This document shows, piece after piece, positions 1 through 11,080 of a stretch of DNA of 64,000 bases. The translations under genes and the position numbers were made by a program. The notes under the pieces were generated by a model, which worked only from the letters and a program-made list of their open reading frames with translations, was not told the DNA's origin and did not search any database. This stretch comes from Anthoceros angustus. Taxonomy: Eukaryota > Plantae > Anthocerotophyta. The stretch is taken from assembly GCA_010909165.1 (NCBI GenBank), contig MU008169.1:1240001-1304000 (forward strand), read 5' to 3'. Position 1 is the first letter of the stretch, and every line of letters starts with the position of its first letter.

Positions 1-1872
1 TCTGCATGATCATTGCTGCCACCTCGCTATCCTTCGCAGTCTTTGCAGTCTCAGCCCGATACTCTTTCAACAGTGGCAGCCGGCCAAAGAGCGCCAAGAT
101 GTCTTGTTTGCTCGCAGAGGTGTATCTAGAAGTGAGATGCAAGAAATGTTGACCAATTTCCCGAGCCACCCTCTGTTTCACGCGAAGTGAGCATTCCACG
201 CTCCCTGTCGATTCGCTCAAGGCCCGCTGCACTGCTCTCCACTTCTTGACTCGTTGTGTTGAGGTCCGTGAGGTGGTCAACATCCCCAAGCCTTGCTTGA
301 TCCTCGCCTGCCTCCAACCGCATCCCCCTCGCTCCCGCCCCCACGCTTTCTTGAGATAGCCCACTTCTATCACACGCATCTGTCCTTCCAGACTTGCTCG
401 CCTGCTCATGCATGCTGACCTCTGGCGGCGCTTGCTCTCGGCCCATGCTCGCCTCGGCTTCAGTGAACGTGCCATACCTCTTGAGGGCCAAAATGCGTGT
501 CGCCGCTAGAGAGTCACCAAGCCCGATCTTGACGACCTTTCACTGTGATGTCTTCACATGGCTGCAGCAACCATGCGCGCCCGTGTGAGACCAAACCCTA
601 AACATCTAGCTTGGACCCAGTTCTACATGGTTCAGATTTCACCCACCCCAGCGCCTCTGAACAATCGCAACAAATGGCTGTTCCGCTGAGCCCGCGTGCA
701 TCCATTGGCGGATTGTTGCGTGTAGATGCCTACCTCCACTGAGCCAACTTGTTTGTGGCTTCGAATGAAGCACCCACTGGGCGTCATCAGCATCACCTAC
801 AGGCCATGCTCGCACACGGCTTCCCGCTGTGTTTGAAGTACTTGATGAAACCGAGATGCTTGATGTCAGCCCATAAAATTAACAAGTGCACTGGCGGTGC
901 GTCCGTGGTGGGGCGCCAGTAAAGGTACGGACCATTTTCCCTCCTTCGCTCCCCCGGTTCCTTCGCTCCCCCGGTTCGTAAAAATAACATGGCACAATGG
1001 ACAAGTGTCGAGGACATTGCCCGTCTTAGCATCCCCGGACCAAGGCATTTTTTTTCAAGGTCTTTTTTTCCCTAATCTAATTTCATATTTTAACCTCAGA
1101 TACATACATAAGAATACTATCATCTATAAAAATACCAGACCGTTTGGAAACGAAATCAATTATATAAAATTATATTCAATATAAGAGGACAAAAGAAGGA
1201 TGTTTCAACCGTTACGCACCAAAGTGAGCACCAAACCATGCATCTGCCCGGTTATGGAGATCCCGTCCTCCGTGATGACACCAGCTTGAGGATGAGTCGT
1301 CGGTTAATCGGAACCAAAGCAGCTACGCCGAGACGATGCACGCATCAGACAACACCATCTGGGGCTGTTACAAGAACCTCGCGCATCGGGACATCACCAA
1401 CACAATTCGAGCGACCCAAAATCTACCACCGTCTTCCAATCCCAACTCATTGTGCGACACGGAGCGCGCTTGGTGGGTACGAGACTGGATGCACGCAACC
1501 AAAGAGTGTTGCAATTTTGAAGTGGTACATAAAGTGAAAGACCAAGCATTGTGTTAGGATGGTGGGAGAAGGTAGAGAAAAAATTGACCAACTGAACACC
1601 AAGCCATCAAAACGTATTGCAAGTTAGAAGTGTTACATAAAATTGCAACAACAACTGTAACAAGGGCAGGTGGCAAATTATTAACAATGCTTGTGAGAGA
1701 GGGGGTGTACCCATAAGGGTGAGGTGGGAAGAGAGAGTGGCAGGTTCGTGTTAAGATGGCTGCACCAAACGGGGTCAGAACTGACAAACTTAATACCAAG
1801 CCTCCAAAGCATGTTGCAATGTGGAAGTGTAACAAAAAATTGCAACATCGACTGTAACATAGGCTGGCTTTT

Positions 1873-2131
1873 CTAGTAGGGTGCAGAGGCTGTGGAGGAT
1901 AGCGCCTTGAAATGCACCATGGCGAATAGGGCGCCCCCCAATGGATCCCCTTGCCTTGTACCTGTCGCCGAGTGGAGAACCGAAACGCCTTTGGTAGCTG
2001 GACTATGTTCATGATTGGACGGGAAACCGTAGAAGGAGTGAACAAATGGAATGAGGCCCGCTAGGTGCCCACCTGCATCCCTGAATTCCGAAAAAATTAC
2101 GGCCCTAGACACAGTGTTGAAGGCATTCTAG
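1873..2131 (-). mobile_element. Non-LTR retrotransposon reverse transcriptase fragment
   Basis: Minus strand reads NAFNTVSR...FVHSFYG...GTRQGDPLGGALFAMVH, matching the non-LTR RT motifs D..(N/K)AF and G..QGDPL; truncated on both sides. Confidence 0.75.
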
Positions 2132-2137
2132 AATAAT

Positions 2138-2450
2138 ATCTAAAATAAGGTAGAATTCCTTATTTATATAAATTCAAAGTATTGACCTCATTCTTCCATT
2201 AAACGCCTTTTCTTACTACCTACTTAAGAAATGGTGCATTGCCATACTCCTGATAGTAAGATCTAAAATAAGCTGGAATTCTATATCTGTATAAACTCAA
2301 AGTATTCACCTCATTCCTCCATGTACTGGTCTTTCTTACTATTCTTAGGCAAATTTTTATAGGCAATATATTAGAAATAAGATAATACTCCTAATATAGT
2401 AAGATCTAAAATAGGTGGAATTGCTTATCTATATAAACCCAAACGTCTAT
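2138..2450. repeat. Degenerate AT-rich tandem repeat, ~125-140 bp unit, ~2.5 copies
   Basis: ATCTAAAATA(A/G)G..GAATT..TAT.T.TATAAA..CAAA recurs at ~2138, ~2261 and ~2404. Confidence 0.75.
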
Positions 2451-2628
2451 CACTATCTTCATAAGTCGTTATCATTTGGCGCTGCGAACAACATACAAAA
2501 TTGCGTGATATCCATAATAATGTTACAATATAGTTAACTTTTTTGTAACTTTTCTCTTTCATAGACCTTAAAGAACATTAAGTTCTTTGTAGGAAGTTTA
2601 TTTCAATATTCACCTAATTATATACGAT

Positions 2629-3390
2629 ATGGATAAGTTTTTGGTTTATGATGTATCTATTACTTACCATCATGAAAATAATGATGAACTTGATTGTGCA
2701 ATTTGTCTAGACGCTCTTGAAGTGGGCCAAGAAATTTCTAAAGTAAATAGGTGTTCCCATATGTATCATAAAAAATGTCTAAAGCAATGGCTAGACACAT
2801 GTTTATTACCAATTAGATGTCCACTTTGTAGATGTAAAATATTACTGGTCCAGGTAAGCAATGCACCAAGTGATACAATATCAATGGAAGAAGGACACAC
2901 ATCTACAGGTTCAACGCAAATTGGTTCAACATCTCTAGATCAAATTCAATCAGAACACATATTATCGGATTATGAAAGAGTTGAACAACTTCTATCACAC
3001 GATTATGAAAGAGTTGAACAACTCCTAGAACAATTCAGTGAAAATGCACAAATCATATGCCAAATCCTTAGAAGCCAACTCCTTAGCAGAACTGAAGTTG
3101 GGCAACCGGATTTGGTAGAGTCCTTGTCTACTCTAAACGAACTTTTTGAGCATTTTAACGAGTCTTATCTAGAAGAAGTTATTATTGATTATTTTGACGA
3201 CGATTATCAACTTGACCTTATTGTATATTATTACCAGTTTGATGAATTTGCACGGTTCAATCAATTTTCTGCAGACATAAATGAAGTCCATGGTTCACTA
3301 GTGAATTTCATTTTATATCTTGAAGAACTTACCAATTCTTATGTCGACATGTACCTAACTAGGGCACTCTATGAAATATTTTTTTCATAG
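2629..3390 (+). CDS. Intronless RING-H2 zinc-finger protein (putative E3 ligase) with acidic helical C-terminus
   Basis: 253-aa ATG-initiated ORF in AT-rich DNA; CAIC-x15-CSHMYHKKC-x12-CPLC fits C3H2C3; internal 33-bp duplication (DYERVEQLL x2). Confidence 0.7.
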   Translation: MDKFLVYDVSITYHHENNDELDCAICLDALEVGQEISKVNRCSHMYHKKCLKQWLDTCLLPIRCPLCRCKILLVQVSNAPSDTISMEEGHTSTGSTQIGSTSLDQIQSEHILSDYERVEQLLSHDYERVEQLLEQFSENAQIICQILRSQLLSRTEVGQPDLVESLSTLNELFEHFNESYLEEVIIDYFDDDYQLDLIVYYYQFDEFARFNQFSADINEVHGSLVNFILYLEELTNSYVDMYLTRALYEIFFS

Positions 3391-4310
3391 AGATTTGGGA
3401 GGCTTTATACATATATCAAAGTATACATCAAAGCTCCTTACAAGGGTTTCATTGAGACGTACCCATGTAGGGCTTTGGCAACGGGCTAGTAGGGCTGAGG
3501 ATAGGATTTCATTCCAAGCTGTTTTGTAAGGCCATGAAACGAAGGATGGATGGTGCCCCATCCCCGCATTGTGCGGGAATGGGAGCAGGATTTCTTTAGA
3601 TGGCTTCAGAAGGCCATGAAATAGGAGATGAATGACTCATCTGCCTACTAATCATCCTATGAGGAAATAAATTGCACCCCATCTTAGTACTCATTCGTCG
3701 CTTGACTATGGAGTTCTAATGAACTCACGTCAAGATGTCACTTCTTCAAGGGTGGACTTCTAGCAATCAAGTCTACCTATTCGATCTAAAACCTTTGAAA
3801 AAAAATTTATATTTTTATTTAGTTAAATATTCGATTTCAATTGATAATTTTATTAGTACTAGTATTACTTTTTTTTCTTGATTAATTTTAATTCTAAAAT
3901 ACTAATAATTTTTATTTATCTATAATAATAATTTCTAAGTTTAGTATAGAATCCTAATGTGCTTATGTTTGGTACAAGATGTGCTTTGTTTTGGTGGAAT
4001 ACCAAGTGAGATTAGATGAAAAAAAATACAGATAAACCTTGAAAGTTGAATGAAAAAGTTAGAGCCAGCACCTCGAGATCCTCCAGGCCCTGGATACGGT
4101 GGGAGAGTGCTAGACTTATGATGCCAGATAGATCCATAGAAATATTTTTTGTGCAAGAAGCATGGATATAGGAGGATTAACTGTGGAGTTTCAATGCACT
4201 CGTGTTTGGTGCCCACCATTGCGTACATTTCTTTGGATATGGTATTACTGTTCTATTTAACCTGCCAACTTAGAAGCCTTTTGAGCTGAGGTCTTTGAAT
4301 GTTTAAATAT

Positions 4311-4893
4311 AGTAACACCCCTCACTGCGCAGCCAGTAAGGAAGCGTCAAGTGCTGGCTTCCCAGCGGTCTAGGACCTCGCCAATTCACTCCACAAGAGA
4401 CTTGCACGATTCTCGGCCTCAACCTCACAACACAAGACTAGGCTCCAAGTAGCCCGTCCATCGACGACTCAGCCACCTCCTCGAGGTCTTGCTCTTTATT
4501 ACAAGAATACAACGATGGAATCGGCTATCTACGCCCAGCTCGCCCTTGATTCCATGACAAGTTCACTAGCTAGCTCTCCACAACTCTCTCAACACAAGGC
4601 TTGCAGCTGCTCTCTCAAAGAGTGAGTAACTTATAACTTATTTCTCAAAGCCCTTGCTCTAGCCCTTATATATCCCGCAGCCTGACCTTAACTAGGCATT
4701 AAATCTAGGGATTCTTACGGACCACTAATCACTAAGAGTCCTCTCTAGGCAGCTCTTCATTTGTGGTGTAGCAATTCCTCTCTAACAAGAGATTGCATGA
4801 AGCATGCAACACATGCATCTTCTTAACAGGCGACTACTAACTTAGCTTTTACCTTTTCAACTTTTCACCTTTCTACCTTGTTTCACCGTCACT
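4311..4893 (-). repeat. 3' LTR (583 bp)
   Basis: Near-identical to 9431-10037; on the minus strand starts AGTGAC directly after the polypurine tract and ends GTTACT. Confidence 0.92.
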
Positions 4894-4903
4894 CTCTCCC
4901 CCC
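4894..4903 (-). promoter_or_regulatory. Polypurine tract (PPT)
   Basis: Minus strand GGGGGGAGAG immediately upstream of the 3' LTR. Confidence 0.85.
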
Positions 4904-7900
4904 GGAAGATGTCATTGTCCTCAATGACCTCGTAACGCGAGATCATCCATGATCCTTGTTGCACATCTTCAAGTGAAACCGGAGGATCGCATAACCACGA
5001 AGCCTTACGGATACTGCGGTACATTACCACGACGAGGCACTTCTCTCTGCCAGAATTCAACAATCTCCGCAGACCATGATTGTGTTGAACCGGGATGACA
5101 TAATCCTTCCTGTTCATATCTTCATTCTCTTCGAAATCACAAATGGTTTGACAAAGAGACATGAAACACATTATGAGAGAAGATCCATTCGAGCAATTGT
5201 AGTTTGTAAGCCACATTTCCAATGCGCTTGAACTACGAAAGGTCCTCCATACTTAGGCCTTAACTTTGAGGTCGCCCTTGTGGCGTGGGAAATTCTTCAA
5301 TTTCACCCACACCTTGTCTCCTACTTGAAACTCGCCTCTTGCTGTGCACACAAACTTCTTTTGCTGTCCCGAGCCTTGGCCAATATCTTCTTAGCAACTT
5401 CATGCACGGCCCTTAAGCGCTCAATGAATTCACGTGGTTCTCTTGCTCTCTCAAACACGCTAGCATTCAACATGGAAACTACGTCCATTGCTTCGTTACA
5501 TCATCCGAAAAGGTGTGTAGCACGTGGAGCTATGTACGTTATTATAACAAAATTGCATCCTCAAGATGATTACTCCATTACCGGTCCATCCGCATATAGT
5601 GTCGTAAGTATTCTTCTTGGATTCTTCACCCTCTCTGTTGATCCATCTATCGGGTGTCGTGCTCATACATAATTGCACTCCTAAGCTCTTCATAAGTTGC
5701 CAAAACTCTGCGATCTGGGATCTCTGTCACTCACAATGCATAGGCGTCCATGTAACACATATACATGCTTCTTGAACAATCGAGCAACTTGAGCTTTCAC
5801 TCGCTTCTTTGTAGGGATGAAGTGTGCTTGCTTGAATCTATCAACCACCGTCATGATAGTGTGTCCATTCTTGGCAATGGCATAATGAAATCCATTGATA
5901 TACTTTTCCAAGGCCCACTTGGAATAGGCGGGGTTGCAACAAACCTCGTGGATTTATGCTCCACCTTATCCTCGATCTACACAAGACTTAACATACTCAA
6001 CGGTATGCTTGTACATTCCAGCCAAGAAAAGCCTTTCTCAACTTCTCATAAGTTGGGTCAATTCCTCTATGACCTGCACTTGGCACATCATGACACTCTG
6101 CAAGCAACTTCCTTCTCAACACATGAGAATCGGGAATCACAATCTGTTTTGCTTGAACATCAACAAGCCATTTCTAAGCTTAAACTTAGATCCGGTTGCT
6201 CCACTTCATTGATCCAATCACAGACTAATGGATCTCGCAGATAAGCTTCCTTGATCTGCGTGTGAGTGTCCTTGGCTCAATCACCATCGTATTGCTAGCT
6301 TAGGCCTCTTGATAAGCGTTATCAAACTTAAACTCGCTTGCGACTCAAAGCATCCGCCACGAGATTCTCCTTCCGGCTTGTACTTGATAGACACATCATA
6401 CATTGCTAGGAAATCTTGCCATCTAGCTGTCTTGCGCTTAGTCGCGGTGATTTGTAAAGAAGCTCGTGCTTACATTGTCTGTATACAAGACAAAAGATCT
6501 TCCTAGAAGATAATGTCTCCAAATCTTGAGACAATTGATGATGATCATCTCCTTTTCATAAGTGGGGTACTTCCTTTTCATGTTCATGCAACTTCCTTGA
6601 TTCGTAAGCCACCGGCCTACCTTCTTGCATGAGCACTCCGCCAATTGCAATATCGGCATCGATATACTTCTATATCCTTCTTTGGATCATAGATTGCCAA
6701 TCTTGGGTAGTCTTGAGTTTCAACTTAAACTCGAATGCCCTCGACATTCATCATCCCACTTCCAAGCCTTCGCCTTCTTCAAGAGATCGATTAATGGGGC
6801 GCAATCTTGGCAAACATCGGTACAAATCTTACATACACGCTAGCCAATCCCAAAACATACGCACCTCGTGCACATTCGTTGGCGGCAGCCAACTCAGATG
6901 GTTTTACCTTATCGGGATCCATCCCGATACCATCCGCAGAGACAATGAATCCTAGGAAGTCTATCTCTTCCTTAACAAGTCACACTTTGTTATAGCTAAG
7001 AACAAAGAATTTGCTCTTAACCTTTCTAACACTTTCCTCAAGTGTTGGACATGCTCTTCAAGGTAGAATCAGTATATCATGATGTCATCCAAGTATATCA
7101 CAACACACTCATCCAACGGATCTCCGAATATAGTATTCATGAGAGTCAAAACGTGGTGGTGCATTAGTGAGTCCAAATGGCATGACAAGGAACTCAAAAG
7201 ATCCATACCTTGTTCTACAAGCGTCTTGTATTCATGTCCTTCTGCGATGCGAATCGGTAATAGCACGCCATTAGATCCGACTTGGTGAAATACTTAGCAC
7301 CTCTCAATCATCAAACAAGTCATCCATCCTTGGCAAAGGATAAGAATTCTTCAACATTATCGATTGAGTGCTCGTAATCCAAGCATAATCTCAATCCTCC
7401 ATTCTTCTTGCGTGAACAACCGGCGCACCAAATGGGGACTTTGAGATTCTCACATAGCCCTTGGCTAGCGGGTTAGACATCTGTCTCTTGACTCTTGTAG
7501 CTCATCCTGCGATAATCTATATGGCGCTCTTGAAGGCGGTGTACTTCACGGCTTGAGATCAATCTCATGATCTACAATTCTTCTAGGAGGTAAAGGAGGC
7601 AACTCATCGGGCATCAAGTCCTTGAACTCATTCAAGGCGGCACTTCCTTGGAATCTTTGGCTCACGAGACTCCATCTCAAGACCATCTTCTAGTCCTTGC
7701 AGCCTGTAAAGAGTTCCTCTCCATCCTTTACACAACATTTGAGCTTTTCTTAGAGATGATATCATCAATGTTGTCTCCAAGCCTCTGCTTGAGAACGCAC
7801 AACTCACTTTGTGCTCTTCATCTCCTAAGATCGTATGGTGCGTGAGTCCACGTTCACACATACCTTGTTGGCCTTCATCCATTCTAAGCCCAAGATGATT

Positions 7901-9414
7901 TCATGATCATCCATATCTACAATGAAGCTCACTTGCTCCATTCCAATTCCCTATCTGCAACGGCACTTCTTGCAATTCACCTTTGTGTTGCAGCATTCCT
8001 TTAGCTTGTTTCACTCTACATGGCTCAGATGTACTAGCCCATGTCAAACCAAGCTTGCTTGCCTTGCTAGGAGAAATGAAATTATGTGTTGCTGCTAAGT
8101 CAAGCAACATCCTCGCTTCTGCTCCATTTAGACATCCATGTATGTACATGAGCTCTCCACCCGCCCTCCGAATAGTGCTGTCCTCAGCACTCTGAGACTC
8201 ACCACATGCAGCCTTCGCAACATGTGGCCGATCCCGTCACTTGGGATCCTCGGATCCGCCACTTGTAATCCACGAGTCTTGGTGTGGATCTCCTTCGCTA
8301 CGTTGAGAGTTTGTTCGATTCGGGCATTCATTTGCATAATGTCCGGCTCTCCACATGAGTAGCATACTCCTTTTCGAGAACCCATACTGTTCTCGAGCTC
8401 CGGCCTCTGCGCTCCTCGATTTCTTCATGAAATTTCCTCTTGAATTGCCTCTTGCAATTCCATTTCCGCCTGTCCTTAGCGGCTCCTCTGGCACTACTAG
8501 AGCTTCCTCTAGTCTGGGCATACCAACCACGTGTACTGCCTCGAAATCTTCTAGGAGTTGGATGTACTAGAATGGAAAGTATCTGGGATGGCATCTGCTG
8601 CTGTAATGGCCTCTGCCAATGTAGTTGGACTATGCAACTCAATTCTGTTAGCAGCCCAATCCTTCAAACCAACCATGAAGCGATGCAGTTTGTCATCTTC
8701 ACTCATGGTAGTGCAGTGCATGCGGCTTCAAGGTACTTACATAATCTCGACAAGACTGCTTGCTTGATATTGTCAAGCTGCTGTCTATAGGCGAAGCATT
8801 CGCAGTTGGAACCGCTTCTTGAGGGCTTCTTTGAAGGATGCCCGATGCAGTGATGGTATGTGCTCGGTTACCAGGCAACATTAGCACCATAACCGCCACC
8901 GGACCAAAGCATAGCCCTTTAAGAAATTGCATTACCTAAGTAGTACTCGGCTCAACACGGATGAGGCGAGATAAGTCTCAATAGAATAGATCCAAGAATC
9001 AATGACTTGCGGATCTCTTTCTCCCTCATACTTATCTGGTAGGGCTAGCTTCATGCTCGATTTGGAGCCACTTTGAAGATGCTGAATTGGAAGATTTCTT
9101 GTTGTTCTTCCGCATCTTCGCCTTGTTGAGTGGGCTCTGGATTCTTTGTCTTCTTCCTTGAAGTCATTACATCGTCAAGACACGGAAGAACTTGATAAAG
9201 TACTTCCACCATCCGTTTCTTCCAGTCCTCTGACTTCTCTCCTGATGGGCCTGCTGTGCTCTCAGGCGGCTCTCACTTCCTCTTGTTCGACGATGATGAA
9301 TCTTCAGGCGGTTGAGGCGGATGATCGGCGGGAGACTGCTGCTTCTTCAGCCTCTCCTTACGCTTCTCATTGACCATCTTGTGCACTCTCTAGTCACTCG
9401 GAGGAATGGACTAC

Positions 9415-9426
9415 GCTCTGATACCA
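9415..9426 (-). promoter_or_regulatory. Primer binding site, tRNA-iMet
   Basis: Minus strand TGGTATCAGAGC, 4 nt downstream of the 5' LTR; canonical plant iMet PBS. Confidence 0.92.
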
Positions 9427-9430
9427 CTCA

Positions 9431-10037
9431 AGTAACACCCCTCACTGCGCAGCCAGTAAGGAAGCGTCAAGTGCTGGCTTCCCAGCGGTCTAGGACCTCG
9501 CCAATTCACTCCACAAGAGACTTGCACGATTCTCAACGCTCTCAACCTCACAACACAGCACTAGGCTCCAAGTAGCCCGCCGTCCACTGACGACTCGCAG
9601 CCACCTCCTCGAGGTCTTGCTCTTTATTACAAGAATACAACGATGGAATCGGCTATCTCATGGCAGCTCGCCCTTGATTCCATGACAAGCTCACTAGCTA
9701 GCTCTCCACAGCCTCTCTCAACACAAGGCTTGCAGGCTTGCTTGCTCTCTCAAAGAGTGAGTAACTTGTAACTTGTTCCTCAAAGCCCTTGCTCTAGCCC
9801 TTATATATCCCGACTGACCTTAACTAGGCATGTTAAATCTAGGGATTCTTACGGACCACTAATCACTAAGAGTCCTCTCTAGGCAGCTCTTCATTTGTGG
9901 CTGTAGCAATTCTTCTCTAACAAGAGATTGCATGAAGCATGCAACACATGCATCTTCTTAACAAGGCAGCTACTAACTTAGCTTTTTACCTTTTTCAACT
10001 TTTCACCTTTCTACCTTATTTCACCAGTGCCGTTACT
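9431..10037 (-). repeat. 5' LTR (607 bp)
   Basis: Near-identical to 4311-4893; minus strand begins AGTAAC and ends GTTACT; followed by PBS. Confidence 0.92.
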
Positions 10038-11080
10038 AATATAAGACTTTCAATTAATCTAAAAAAAATACTTTTCTTGATTGTGAGAATGCTGAAAACA
10101 TATTCGATACAACGCATCCCATAGAAGTATGTGCTGTGAAAGGAAGTTCTGCGTCTAGTAGGTGAGGGAGTTCTGCCTTGAGCCAGTTGCACACTCAAAT
10201 CAAGCCATCCCGCTGAGCGTGCAGCTGATGGACAACCTCACTCCTCCATGGCAGGAGCCACACCGAGTGCAGCAACGCTTCAGCTTCACTACTCCTGCTT
10301 GGACGAAACGGAGAAAAACCCCGACATCTTGGTTCCGCTTACGCCCTGAGAGCAAATGACAAGTGTTTGGGCGAGAAATGTAGAAACGGCAATCACATAT
10401 TGTGGCCCAACACAATGGTGCTGCTGTTACCCTGTGTTCAGTGTAGCAGTCCCACAAAGCTTTTTTGCTGTGAGAGCAGTCAGTGAACACGCCTTTCCTC
10501 AGACACGTGACATAGGATACTGCAACACAGCCGGCACAACACAACACCATCAGCAAGCGAGCATCCCCATGAGCTTGGTGCATGCTGCTCTGCTTACTCT
10601 GCTGCTCGATACAGGCTGCCAAAGCTCGGGCCTTCTTCTCCCTGCTGGTTTCAGCTCGCACAGGCACGTCTCCCCGTTCCCCTTGGTCCGTCTGGGCATG
10701 CTCGGTCGCTGCCATCTTCCAATTGTTAGGGCAGCGCTAGGTCATGTTCCGAGTTTTCATTTGCCGACGGATCGACGAAAGCTGCTGCCGAGACGCAGGA
10801 GTTGGTACCAAGCTGGGCCACCTTGGAGAACCGGCTTCTGCACACGGCCCTTGCACATGGACCAAACACCATGGCTATGCCCCGGACGTTCACAGGCAGG
10901 CATGCGCCAACTGCTTCCTGCACTGCGTCGTGCAGGAAGCAGTCCTCTCCCACTTCCTCTCGGCTCGTAATGGCCTGGACGCGGTCCTCAACCTCCTGTC
11001 GCTTCTACAGCGCTAGGGTGCTCTGTATCAACGACGAGAATTGGTGACGCAGTCCGCACAGTGCGATGGCGAGGTGAATT

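Larger units (their letters stand above)
4311..10037 (-). mobile_element. Full-length Ty3/gypsy LTR retrotransposon (probable chromovirus), gag-pol frameshifted in this sequence
   Basis: Direct LTRs 4311-4893 and 9431-10037; AATAT TSD at 4306-4310 and 10038-10042; PBS and PPT present; minus-strand fragments in gypsy order: Gag zinc knuckle (CYSCGEP/GHYANECP ~8330-8370), protease (LLDLAATHNFIS ~8070-8105), RT (VIYLDDIMIY ~7070-7100), RNase H (PTYEKE..IWRHYL..TDN ~6460-6570), integrase (IVSDRDPR ~5715-5740), chromodomain-like tail (REKCLV...KASW ~5000-5050). Confidence 0.95.

Noticed and set aside
1-1870. Short ORFs in the first 1.9 kb
   Set aside because: Fragmentary, no diagnostic motif; probably TE remnants but class cannot be supported.
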